A DNA stretch of 63,990 bases, the filler included, from Craspedostauros australis (lineage: Eukaryota): NCBI GenBank assembly GCA_030167865.1. It is 23 parts of 23 records of this genome, joined end to end, with 100 filler letters (N's around TTAATTAATTAA, not from the genome) between each part and the next. Parts side by side here need not be neighbours in the genome. Positions count along the whole stretch, not along the records: positions 12,171 to 15,617 come from JALAGF010003074.1; positions 15,718 to 17,334 come from JALAGF010003075.1; positions 17,435 to 19,828 come from JALAGF010003076.1; positions 19,929 to 22,354 come from JALAGF010003078.1; positions 22,455 to 25,557 come from JALAGF010003080.1; 18 more parts are not named here. One strand, written 5' to 3'. A program made the position numbers and the translations under genes. Each line of letters begins with the position of its first letter. Positions within the stretch are counted from its first letter, which is position 1. The notes below the pieces were generated by a model. That model had not been told where the DNA came from. It searched no databases and saw only the letters and a program-made list of their open reading frames with translations. This document shows, one piece after another, positions 12,611 to 24,571 of the stretch.

Positions 12611-13870
12611 ATGCCGTCAATGCCATCAATGCCATCAACAACCGACCAAATCCTCCTGCATGTCCAGCGAGAAATGGTGGAATGCATGGTACCATCAATG
12701 CGTCGAAGCCATCATGTCATACCAAAGGATGCCCACTGTGGCTTGATCACAAAGATCATCTGTGCCTGTGTTGTCCTTGAGAGTCCGTACCATTCCTTCC
12801 ACGCCACTGCCACTGTCGCACACATGAAAGGATTGTCTGAGAACATGATCGTGGGATGCGTGGAGTGCGCAGGGTACCTCCTCGAGGAGCTCTGCAATGG
12901 CCATGCCGACAAGCAGTTAATGAAGAATGTCGCCAAGGACCCAGGCATCCTTGTCTGCATCATCAGGTTGATTTGCGCCAACCTGGATGCAGTTCTTGTC
13001 TTCTCATCCATCCAATCGTGGAGGTCATGCACTTCCAGTACATGCGCTGGCTTGGAGGTAAGTGTTGACGCACAACCGCAGTTGCAGCAACCCATCACCA
13101 TCACTGTAGCAATTGCCCATCATGAGTTTGTGTGCTGCACTTCAAACACTTGCACACCAACACAATCACACCCATTCTCTCCTTCTCCTTTTCTCTTCAT
13201 CCATACTATTCATCCATTCCACATCATCCTGATGGGACCGAATGTAATGCAATGCATAATCGCAGGGTTTCCAGACAACCTCTAGTTCCTCATCACCACA
13301 GTCATGCAGCACACAACACACCGCACACTTCGCGCAGCACACAGCACACAGGCCTACTCATAAGAACTACTTCGCCTCGATCAACACCAACTTCTGTCCA
13401 TATGCCAGCATTGGCCCAACTGTCGCTACAATCATGTGCAAGCCAGGTGTTGATACCACCATGAACCTCATCGATTTTGCCCACTTTGCAGGAGCATCCT
13501 TTCAGAACATGGAAGAGTCACCAGATGCAGCATTCCACATGCTGAGAGCAGAATGAAGTGAGCCACTCCCAAGTGCAAAGAGAATCAACAGAAGAAGATC
13601 GCCATCGCCGCCTTCTCCTTCCCATCCTGCAAGATCAACGTTGATACTGCCACCTCCTTCAACATCTTCAGCGTGGCCAAGGCTATCCTGGAACAGCTCA
13701 TGAGCAAGAGATGCGATGTCAGTGGTGGCAACAGCATTGACAACGCCACCAAGGAGGATATGCTGAAGGCCGTCCTGAAGGATATCGTCAACAACATCAT
13801 CAACACTCTGGAAGCAATGCTCTCCTTTCCAGAGCTCAATTTTCCCACCACAGGGATCCAGGCAAGTACT
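12611..13870 (+). pseudogene. Decayed intron-containing gene of unknown function
   Basis: The ORF ends at a GAG|GTAAGT donor (about 13058) and there is a TTTGCAG acceptor (about 13491). The downstream exon has a stop or frameshift, and excess Cys/His/Met is consistent with CpG decay. Confidence 0.4.
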
Positions 13871-13996
13871 ATTCATGATGATGTTTTGAATGCAAGCGAG
13901 ATCACAACTGCCTCCTCTTTACCAATTCCATCAACACTGCTAGCCTGCATCACATACTCATGGCCTACACGTACCCATCACCCAATTCTCTGTTGA

Positions 13997-15617
13997 AATT
14001 CCCTTTTGTACCAACAGTAACGTGCTCCTGTAACGTTCAGGAGTGATTGATCCTACACTTGCCATGTTGAAAGCAAGGGGGATTTTGTTATTTCTGTCCT
14101 CTGTTCTGGTTCAGTCCTGTACGATCAGGAATTTCTGATGTCACACATTTCGACAAGGGTCGTCAGGTTTTGCAGATGAAAAACTGCCCTTTGCTGTGCG
14201 CAGTAATGTGGCACCTGAGTTGCCCTCTCCTGATTGCACATGTTCAAACCTCTCCTTTTGAGTTGCAAGCACCGAGTCCCAAAGTTCAATATTTGGATGA
14301 CTATCTGGGGATGAATACATTGTGAATGACCAAGTTGTTGACTTGCTCATTTCTCAGATCAACGTCCCAGAACTTGGCACTTGTGAACTATTGTAGAGCT
14401 TGTCAGTGATGCCCTCCATCACCTCTTCCTTGACTTGGTCCGCTGTTGTTTGTTTGGCATTGTTGGCTTCCATTTTTGGGGTTGGTGTGTTGCTGCCATG
14501 GGACTGTGCACGGACACCAGAACCAGACCACCATCATTGCAGTTGGCAAAGCTGACACCAATGGGCAAGGATGAGGGTGGTGCTAGTGCGACAGGCATCA
14601 ATGAGATGAATCTGGAGGCAGTGGATGCTCACTGCAAGGATAACAAAGGTAGAGCTGAGGGGGAGGGGGTAGGTCCCAGCATGGGGCCTTGAATCACCGT
14701 GGTCATGGGAGGGAGAAGCTTGTTGGCCATGGTAGAGAACGTGTGTGAGTTGGGCACATGAGTTGTCCTGGTCAAGGTGGGGAAAGACAGCCATGGATAC
14801 AGTTCTGGCTGCCTCTGTTATCATCCTGGTTTGGATCATCATCTTGCTGGCTTCTGTATTCTGGACATTCACTCTTTGTTGGTTGCTTGTGGTTGGCTCC
14901 TGAATTTGGTTTTTGATGTTGATGAACAGGTTGTCTCTCTGTTTGATGGGTGGATTCAGGGGTACGATGGGTATTGACCTGAAGGGATTGCTGTTGGAGT
15001 TGTGATGGAGCTGCGATGAATTTGTCTCTGCTGAGAGGGAAGGGAATGTCACTATTTCCAGTCTCCGGATGCCCGGGTGACCACGGGTAACCCCCAAGTG
15101 TAAGTGTTGGTAGGTAGATACATTCAGAGGCCATTCAGATAGTGGTGGGAGAGCAGATTAGTTTGGGACATCAGCATTTCCTTCAGTTGATTCTCTCTCA
15201 GGTTTACTCACACTTGGAAGTTCGGACTGCCCTCCTGAGGGTGTTTGGGCGTTTGGGTGAATGTGTTGATGTTTGTGCTTGCGAGTGTGTGATTTTGGAT
15301 GTGGTGATGTGTACGGTCTGCGTCGTTTGTTGACATGAATGATCACAACATGACTTAGTCAGAGGGGTCGGCAATCGCTTGGACATGCACAAACTACACA
15401 GGAACAAGAATCCACGAAAAAATCATACTCGTTCCCATTCAGCAGCGCAGGTGAATGTGTGTGCTACGTTGGTACGGCAAGATAACAGTTGGCAAACAAT
15501 CCAGATCTATTCTACACAGAAAATCAAAATCACGCAGAGTAGAATAGTAGGGTGCGAGTCGAGCCTGCAGCGCACATGATGTTGTGACGAATGTAGAAGA
15601 GTATGATACGAGATCGC
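13997..15617 (-). mobile_element. Degenerate LTR-retroelement 5' region (possible LTR end near 15098 and decayed gag-like ORF)
   Basis: The minus strand reads ...CCAACACTTACA then CT-TGGGGG (PBS-like). A downstream frame is broken by TGA codons at 14354, 14141 and 14111, and the region is CpG-poor. Confidence 0.35.
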
Positions 15618-15717
15618 NNNNNNNNNNNNNNNNNNNNNNNNNNNNNNNNNNNNNNNNNNNNTTAATTAATTAANNNNNNNNNNNNNNNNNNNNNNNNNNN
15701 NNNNNNNNNNNNNNNNN

Positions 15718-17163
15718 CTTAGTCTTCAAAAGGACGGCGATGCGGGAGACTGCGCGGTTCAGTGTCTCCATCGCCATCCAAAAATGACTGTCGAAAGAAG
15801 ACAACCCTGTCTTGATCTTGCTCTTGCGTGTGAGTAGCTTTGTGATGTCAGTGAATGCAGGCATTCCAACCGGGTTGCTGGTCGCGGCCGAATACATATC
15901 GAACAATTCTTTGATAGTAGTACCACCACGATCGAACACCGGCACATTCTCGAACTCCACACCATCCCACTGCACTGTGTGGCACAAGCCAGCCTTGTAT
16001 GTTGTTGTGGTGACGAGAAATGAGACCACGCCGGAAAGAGCGCATGCGCTCACTCGATACTGAAGAACTCTGGGCGGCAACACCTCCCCTTTGGACAGCA
16101 TGCCATAGTAGCGGCGCAATGTAGTGAGTTGGCTGCGTGTAACAAGTTCTCGTTTTGGTTCCACACGACCCCGCTGCTCCTCCGACAATCCCTCCAAGTG
16201 CTTTGAAAGGACAGCGGAGCAGTATGTTGGCGATGCAGACGCCGCGAGAATGGCTCTTGCAGCGATGGCCAGTGCCTTTTCGCCACGAAGGCATATGTTG
16301 TAGAAGTTAGGTCCAAGTGTTAGCGGCGTCAGGTCCACTCCAGCGCGAACGAATGGCACCACCTGCTCCATCTGGCGAGCGGGCGCCTCCTCTCCAGGGA
16401 GGAGGACATCCCAAAGTGCACAGGCAACCACAACCCACACCTTCTTGGTTTTGTTCCATGTTTGCCTGTCGTATGGACTCCCGAGCACGAAGCCCCTCTT
16501 CGGCATCAGCCTCAAAACGGAAGGATCGATGTCAGATTTAAGTGCATCCATGACAGCAACTACTGCATTGCGGCGCCACTCCTCTGCATCTTTTTTTCCT
16601 GACGTCGAGCGACCATCTTTGCACTTCCTGCTTGGTTGCTTCTTCCTGCGATTGCGCCCGTCCATGTAGTCTTCGTCACTGCCATCGTCGCAATCTGCCT
16701 CCAATGCAACTGGGCGAGGGTGCCGGACAACCCTAACAGGGCTGGGTGGGTTGGAGAGAGGCACAGCAGGAGGCGGTACGTTCACGGTAACGTTAACCAA
16801 TGTCGCATCACTGACACCTCGTCCCTCCGAATGCACCTCAATGTGTGAGTCGTCAATGATGCCTCCCTTATCGTCTACGATGTGTACGTAGACGTGGAGC
16901 TCATGAGCATGTGCATCCGCATCGTTTGGGACAAGGCTGCTGTCTACTGCCTGCATGGGCTTCACACCAACAACTTGCTTGATGGTGATCGGCTTGCGCA
17001 ACACAGCAGACGGCTTGTCAAGCAACAAATGCTCCGTGGCAGGAAGCAGATTCCCCTTGGAGTCGAAGGGAGGATCAGACGCAAGTTGAGCGGAACGAGG
17101 TTTCTTCCTTGGCGAGGGGTTGACATCCTTGGAAAGGGCTTTCGGGGTGGAGGAGGTGAGCAT
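15718..17163 (-). mobile_element. Large ORF, 3' truncated; N-terminal half of a putative Sola3-like DNA transposase
   Basis: About 480 open codons with NLS-like motifs (PRKKPR, RNRRKK). The C-terminal RVSACALSGVVSFL...GLCHTVQWDGVEFENVPVFDR...LFDMY...VGMPAFTDITKLLTRKSKIKTGL parallels the pre-catalytic region of Sola3 transposases as I recall it. No catalytic residues lie in the window. Confidence 0.4.
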
Positions 17164-17434
17164 GATGGCGATGATAGTGGAGTAGAGGAGTTGGTGTGGT
17201 GGGGTGGATGGCTTGCACGAGTCTGAGGAAAAGTGACCATACAAGATCACGCAGTGATAGGTAGACAATGGAGTAACAACAACGACGACTTCCGTAGTCG
17301 GAACCAGTAATGCTACTCATGCTATTTGTGCAACNNNNNNNNNNNNNNNNNNNNNNNNNNNNNNNNNNNNNNNNNNNNTTAATTAATTAANNNNNNNNNN
17401 NNNNNNNNNNNNNNNNNNNNNNNNNNNNNNNNNN

Positions 17435-19828
17435 GGCCCAGATCGCTGGGCCTGCGCCGTTGCCCTGGCCGATTCCGTGCATATCGCACTCCGCGTCTTT
17501 CTCGTAGTATCGGCTGGAAACGCCGTAGGCTGTGCTAATGAAGTGTCGTGAGTCTCGCAGGGTCTTGAACATGCACCTCGTAGCAGAGGCATTGGCCCCT
17601 GCGGCCATCATTGCTGCCGCGGCGAAGTTTGGAACGATTCTGTCGTAACACGATTTCGCATCGTTGGAGCAAAAGGACAGCGCGACTTTCCGCTGATAAC
17701 CCAAATCGATGGTGAGCCGTTTGTTCAGCGCTGCACTCATCGCCGACCTGCGCTTCCTGCTTCCAAATTGGAATCCTGACAGCCATCCTGCCGCTTCCGC
17801 CGTACGCATCATTTGCCGACCGAGTCGTTTGTTATTCATATTGAATTGCGCGTCCATCAGCTGGATCGTGCGCATCTTCTCAATATTGAACACTTGCGCT
17901 TTCTTGAGTATCTCAACGTCGGTAATACATTGCCAAGGCTTCAGAGAGTGACTGGTTTGATACGGGATCTCTCGTAGAATGGTATCCACTCGGGCAAGTG
18001 CGGGCTCCTTTGCGGCCGCCTTGTAATGCCCAAAGTGTGGGCAGCTCGGTTCGGAATTCGTGAGTTCTGTCTGCTTGCGCCAGGCCTTCGCATGGTCTTT
18101 CACCTCTAGCTGAGTGTCGTCTGGAACGACAGGCTCGAGGCACTCCAGAAGAGTTCGGACCATCGGATCGATCGAAGGCGGCCACGGTCCTTCTGCTGCA
18201 ATCAGCTGTTTCGCTAGTTCCGGGACCCAGATACGGTCCATCAGGGCTTTGCCTGGCCCAACCATACATTGGGTGCGGTTGGCCTGTGAGAATCGCTTCT
18301 TGTTCTCTCGGATGCAGGCGGAGACAATCTCGTGTTGTTCATCGCACTCGTGTACCTGTCCGGCGTCGTCAGTGAACAGTACTTTCGTGGTCATGGACTT
18401 GCCGCGCCCAAACGCTGCTCGTAACCGGCCAACTTGTACTGCCTGGATATGACACTGTCCAGGGAGTCGTTGTTCAGGTCTACTCCCAGGGCAATGGCCT
18501 CTCCTTGTGCCTTCCATCGTCGCAGTTCTTTCTGCAAGTCCTTGGCCCAAGCTTCGTGAGGATCTTCGTTTCGGCCTTCCGCGGCCAGCGCCCTCACTTG
18601 TTGCGCCCATACTGTGTTGCATCCGTCGGTGGATCGACACGGCCTGTAGGCTGCGATGACTCTGAGGGATTTGCCTCCTTTGCCTTCCGACAGTGTCCAG
18701 CACCATCGGCCCATACCGCTCTCGTCGACCCCGTGTTGAAAGGTGCGAGCCGCCAGTTGGGCAGTCATCACTACCCCTGCTCCACCGTAGATTCTGGGAT
18801 CGCGTTTCGTTTCGTGGGTGTTGTATGAGAATACGTGCTTTGACCTGGGTACTATCCGTCGCCCTCGTTCGGCCCACTGGTCTGCCGGTTGAACGTAGTC
18901 CCATCTCACGTTGGTCTCTGCCATGCATAGCATGTCCAGTCCGCTCGCCCTGATGAAGTCAAAGATCTCTTCGTTCTTCTGTTGGTATGAATGGATGGGG
19001 ATCTGAGATGCGTTCTGAAATACAATTCGTATCGTATCTCCTGACTTCGTGGTCATCGCATCCCCGCAAGCATCGTTTAGCCTACTCGCTTGTGTGTCGA
19101 CAGTGTTGTCTGTCATCTTGCCGTTTCTAGTACACTGTGGTACAGATCGGCGGCTCTGGTCCTTGCCAGAATTCGTGGTTGTTGTTGGTCCACTATTTTA
19201 GTGGTGTTGTCCTCTGATTCGTTCGTCTGTGCGTTGCTTCTGATGAGGATGTGTATGCAGCTTGTCAGTCCGCCCCTGTTGTTGGTATAATCGTGCGCTG
19301 ATGCTTGTCGTGTTTGTTGCTGTTCTGTGAGTCGTTGTTGTTTCGCGTTTTCGCTTCTGTCTCCTCCTGTCTCTTTAATGTATAGATGTATGTTTTTTTT
19401 TTTTTACTCCTGGTTGTTGGCTCCTTGGCCCATGGTTGCAATTGGATCGGTGTCCATTGGGTCCGCCATTGCGGCGTCTCCCGAGCTGTCCTCCTTGCTC
19501 TCGTCCCGACGGTGTCGCTGGAACTGTTTCCCTCTTCTTCTCCTTCACCCGATCGTTGACCCTTCATTTGGTCGCTCTCGTCGGATTCTTGTTCGTCCTC
19601 TTCGGGGATGCTGGTGCCAGGGTCGTCGGGATCGAAGTCGGTCTTGGCGGTTGGGTCCGTTGCGAACTGTTGTGGTCTCGCCGATTTGTGCTTTGCCGTG
19701 TTACCAATAGCAGCGCTGATGTGGGCGGCTTGCTGTGCTACCGTGGCTGTGGCGAACGTCGCGACTGTTCCGTTGTCGCCGTTCTGGGTGCTGGGATTGG
19801 CCGTCATTTCTACTTCGAACTTCAGAAG
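17435..19828 (-). mobile_element. Ambal-like non-LTR retrotransposon: ORF1 end plus ORF2 (APE endonuclease, RT) with an internal deletion
   Basis: APE motifs IRIVFQN, CMAETNVRW, GRWCW and GVDLN lie at 19116-18430. RT motifs HFGHYKA, KMRTIQLMDAQFNMNNK, QFGSRK, SNDAKSCYDRI and GIGQGNGAGPAIW follow. Confidence 0.9.
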
Positions 19829-19928
19829 NNNNNNNNNNNNNNNNNNNNNNNNNNNNNNNNNNNNNNNNNNNNTTAATTAATTAANNNNNNNNNNNNNNNN
19901 NNNNNNNNNNNNNNNNNNNNNNNNNNNN

Positions 19929-22354
19929 GCACTGCGCGCTCAACTAGAAGCGTCCAAAGCCACGCCAAATGCCTCAAGCACGGGCAGTGGCGAGGACCAA
20001 GAATAATGCAAGGCTGGGGGCAGGTGAAGCAACGACAGCCACCCCCGCAAGCCCAACAGATGCAAACTTGGAGGAAACGCGCCGCGACGGGCAGGACCTC
20101 CGTGACAGGCACTGGGGAGATCCCACGATCAGCAAAGGCAGCACCTTATTACGAATCGCAGCCTTGAACGTGGGGTGTCTCCAAGCCGAGTCAAAACACT
20201 GGAAGAACGACGACCTATGGCAGTGGATCAAACAGATGCAAATCGACGTGGCTCTTCTGTCAGAGATAGGGGTCAATTGGTCAAAACTGGGAAAGATGAA
20301 TTCATGGAAAGCAAGGTCACGCAAGCATGTGCGCTCCGAACGACACGCACTNGCATTCAACGAACAAGAACGCATGGGCGGTCCAAAACAATGGGGTGGA
20401 ACAGCATGCACCATGATAGGAAACATCACGGGGCGATACAAGGACATCAGCAGTGACCCGAGGAAACTGGGGCGATGGACGAGCATTGCAGTGCGAGGGA
20501 GAAAGGATATCACCATTCGATTCGTCAGCGTGTACATCCCAACCAGGGGAGGCCAAAGTCCAGGAACGGTCTACAACCAACAGGCATCCTGGCTCGAATC
20601 GCAAGGGATCCGCACATCACCCATCGAGCAGCTGATACAAGATTTGGAGGCAGAGATGCAAGCATGGCAGGAAGCCGGAGAAACGGTGATAGTAGGAGGC
20701 GACGTCAACATGCCGGTAGCACGATCACAAATGGCAACCATGATGCACAAGCACGGAATGCGTGAGTCTATCCTCAGCAAGCACTCGGAAGCGCCAAGCA
20801 TCTCCACGAACATCAGAGCAAACTCCAACAGGATCATCGATGGAATATGGGTGCCGGCGTCATTGCAGGTGGTAAGGTCTGGGTACAGCGCCTTTGGACC
20901 ATGGGATCATCGCACGGCATGGATCGAAGTGCACCAAGAATCAGTGTTCGGCACAGCCAGTACACCCACGCGAAAATTCGAAGGCCGAAGAGTTCAGCTA
21001 AGCAAGCCGAAAACGGTGCGCAAATACCAAAAAGAGGTATGCAAACAATATGAACGACATAAGCTGAGACAAAGGGCGGAGAAGCTACGAGAAGAAATCA
21101 GGACCCACAACAACATGACGCCAGAACAGAAAGGTCGGTTGGAAGACATCGATCAAGAACGAACAACCATTATGCTGACCGCAGAGAAAGGAGCACGCGC
21201 GATATATACAGGCCAAGTCCCATTCTCTCCCGAAATCAAGCGAAGAGCAATGGAGAAGCAATTCTGGAATCTCGCATGGAAACGACGGAAAGGCAAGAAA
21301 GTAAGCGCACGATGGTACGAAAGAGCGAAAAAGCAAGCACACGTGGAGGTGAGAACAGCCACGTTGAGTATCGACGAGCTGGAAGATAAACGGAAGCGCG
21401 CGCATACCCGATGGAAACAGGCCAAAAAGGAGGCATGGGCCCACCGACGCACCTTTCTACAAGCCAGAGCGGAGGAAGTGGCCAAAGATGGCAACATATC
21501 GTCGGAAGCCGCGCTACGGTCCATACAGAAGCGCGAGGAGATAGTCGAGATGTACAAGGCCATCCGCAGCGCGGTCGGGAACAACGATGCAGGCAGCAAG
21601 GTCACGATGGTCATAGCGGAGAACAAGTCCGGCGAAGAGGAAGTTTACGACAAAGAGCAGCAAGTGATATCCCAATGCATGAAAGCTAACGAGTCGAAAT
21701 ACAGGCAAGCCTACATCACCCCACTACAACGCCCAGCCTTCGCGAGAGACATACGCCGACTCGGAATCCGAGCCACTCAACGCAGACACCAACACCGAAT
21801 GGATCCGCACACCAACAGGCTGCTCGAGACACTGGACCGGCCGGGCGCTAGCACCTGGAAGGAAGAGGAGCTCGAGATCACCGTAGCCAACCACCAACAG
21901 CTATGGGGGAAAGCGCGAGAGAAGACCACCTCGGGTCCCTCCGGTCTGCATTTTGGACTCTGGAAAGCCAACGCACAACATGAGGAGGCTGCAATCGTCG
22001 ACGCCGCTATGCGAGAAATATCCCTTCGAACTGGGTACAATCTGCGCAGATGGCTCACATGCACCGACGTGACGCTGCTGAAGGAGCCCGGAAACTTCAG
22101 AGTGACCAGATTCAGAACCATCAGCCTGGTCGAGGGTGATTTCAACGCGAACCTGAAGTGGATAGGAAAGGTTATGATGAAACACGCAGAAACAGAGCGA
22201 CAACTACCAGAAGAGCAATACGGCAGCCGCAAACAACGCAGCGCAGCGGAAGTAAGTCTCAACAACAGACTGACGGATGACATCATACGGGCGACGGCGG
22301 CCACCAGCTGCATATGCTCCAACGATGCCAAAAGCTGCTATGACAGAATGGCGC
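19929..22354 (+). mobile_element. Ambal-like non-LTR retrotransposon ORF2 (APE plus RT start), a second family
   Basis: Intact frame of about 800 aa: LRIAALNVG, LSEIGVNW, GGDVN, IDGIW, WDHR, SGPSGLHFGLWKA, RFRTISLVEGDFN, EQYGSRK, SNDAKSCYDRM. Confidence 0.93.
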
Positions 22355-22454
22355 NNNNNNNNNNNNNNNNNNNNNNNNNNNNNNNNNNNNNNNNNNNNTT
22401 AATTAATTAANNNNNNNNNNNNNNNNNNNNNNNNNNNNNNNNNNNNNNNNNNNN

Positions 22455-22640
22455 GAGTGGCAGAGCTCGCGCATGACAGAGCTCGTTCCACAAGATGTGC
22501 ACGATGTCAGGATGCGTTCCGAACACGGATGCGAACTGCCGCAGTGACTCCCTGGAAAGGCTGTTTGTGCCCAAGCCTCTTGGGCGAGACCCAATCAGCC
22601 CGAACCCCACAGCGGCGAAAGTTCCACTTGGTAGAAGCAT
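22455..22640 (-). mobile_element. N-terminus of a PIF/Harbinger (ISL2EU-like) transposase, truncated by the contig end
   Basis: MLLPSGTFAAVGFGLIG...SLRQFASVFGTHPDIVHILWNEL matches the R.F...FG..P.....(I/L)W..L N-terminal signature of diatom DDE_Tnp_4 transposases. Only about 62 aa are visible. Confidence 0.6.
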
Positions 22641-23325
22641 TCTCGTGTTGTTGCGAATTATGAGCTCTTGTGCAACTAGAAATGTCAAAATGAGGCGAAA
22701 AACAACAATGTCAACAAGTAACCGTTGAACTAGTACTAATTGTGCGCAAGTCAACTGCGACTTGGCAATGACGAAACGAGCTTTCTTGTGTGGCTTCGCA
22801 TGCTCTCCAGCTACAGCAGTTGTTCCGCGCTTTGCTGTGGGGGAGCCAATCAAGCAAGGGCGTTCTTCCGCGCTAATCGCAGAGAAGGCGGACAAAGTGT
22901 ACCGTTGTACCGTTGTCCTCCAATGCTGCGCCCCACTTGTGCTTCGCTGTGACCAAGGGTGCCGAGCAAGGCAGGATTCAACGGACGAAAGAGCGGATTA
23001 ACTCCTTCGTTGTTGTATGTACTGTAATGATCAGAGCACATCCACGACTTCATGGGAGGCTCTCTTGGACGAACGTGCGCGCTGCTCCGTTCGCCCGGCA
23101 CTGCAAGCAAGCACGCTCTGGAGGGGAGGGAAACGAGTATCGAGCTGAATGCCCTCCTGTGTGCTGTATCATTCTTGCACGCGTGCTGCTGTGCTCTATC
23201 TGGGGCGTCCGTAATAGACCTTGCGCTCAACACGAACAATCATGGACATCCAGCCATGAATAGACAACATCGGACCGCGCACTGTCGTGGAGTCTTACCC
23301 TTGTCGTGAATCGGTCTTGTACTAG

Positions 23326-23460
23326 TCGTGCTCACGTCGTGCTCACGTCGCGCTGAAGTCGCGTCCCTTGCTCGTCCCCTTGCTCGTCACTTGCTCGTCC
23401 CCTTGCTCGTCACTTGCTCGTCCCCTTGCTCGTCACTTGCACGTCCCCTTGCTCGTCGAT
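23326..23460 (+). repeat. Tandem array of alternating 12/11-bp units CGTCCCCTTGCT / CGTCACTTGCT (array 1)
   Basis: A 23-bp higher-order period, preceded by two GTCGTGCTCAC copies and ending GTCCCCTTGCTCGTCGAT. Confidence 0.9.
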
Positions 23461-23767
23461 TCCTGAAAAATCGACACCTCCCTTACCGCACTTTACTTAT
23501 AGAGAGATGTCACAGTATCGTAGGTGATCAGTTCTGGAGACGCTGCGATGCAAAACTCTGATATCAATTGTGCTTCAGAATAATGTTGCGATCACGATCA
23601 AATATGGGTGCTACTATTATACGGATAGTACGCTTACATTCATGTAATCTATTTTTGAAAAGTGCACTCTGCCGCCCTTTAACATACAACTAGATTAGAC
23701 ATCGTAGTATGGTCTACTTTCGCGACATGTCGCACCGACAAAACCGCGGTAATTGCGAGAAATTTGG

Positions 23768-23844
23768 TCGTCACTTGCGCGTCCCCTTGCTCGTCACTTG
23801 CGCGTCCCCTTGCTCGTCACTTCCGCGTCCCCTTGCTCGTCGAT
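23768..23844 (+). repeat. Second copy of the same 23-bp tandem array (array 2)
   Basis: Three CGTCACTTGCGCGTCCCCTTGCT-type units, with the same GTCCCCTTGCTCGTCGAT ending. Confidence 0.9.
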
Positions 23845-24571
23845 CCGGTCCTCTGTCGTGTCTGTCGCATGTCCATGTCGTGCTTGTCGCAGATCGATGT
23901 CATGTCGGTGTCTGTCCCGACGTGTTNNNNNNNNNNNNNNNNNNNNNAGCCTCACGTCAATGTCCCGTTGGCTCCCCACAAACGAACTCCCCATGTCGTT
24001 CCTCACGAAACACATGGCGACGTGCCAACACGCCAGTGTACTTACATGTGTATACTCCGAGAGAGTGTCACACACGACAGAAGACCCATGTTTCTCCACA
24101 ATCGTCGACTAACAGGAGCAAATCAAAAAGATACGTCGAGCGTTGAGTCTAGAACAACGCTAGATATGCACTATACTAGTAGCCGTATAGTCCTTGATGC
24201 TTATAGGAAACATCTATGTTTATTCAATGTATACATTCATTGCATTTTAAATAAATCAAAACGGATATACTATGGGATCTTCCAGGCAAAACGGATGCGT
24301 TGAACTATAGTAGGGCAGCGTAGACGTCTACGTATCCCGTGTTTTTGTGTTTCGCATTATCACACTGTAACGCGGTGATCGATTGCTCGACGGATCATCC
24401 CAGGGTGCGTGCTCCACAGCGCAAGGCACCGGTTCATCACACGTCGCACACGAACTCCTCAGGTTGCCTTGGAATGGAGCGAAGTCTTCCTCTCACAAAT
24501 GACGTTGATACTCCATCCACAGAAGTCCATCGATCACTCGTGCACGATTCACAAGTAAGTGCCGCTACAAC

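Noticed and set aside
17435..22354. Head-to-head pair of LINEs as one composite element
   Set aside because: The two are separated by a linker and are diverged families, so the adjacency is arbitrary.
23326..23844. CRISPR array
   Set aside because: The units are head-to-tail with no unique spacers, there are no cas genes, and the context is eukaryotic.
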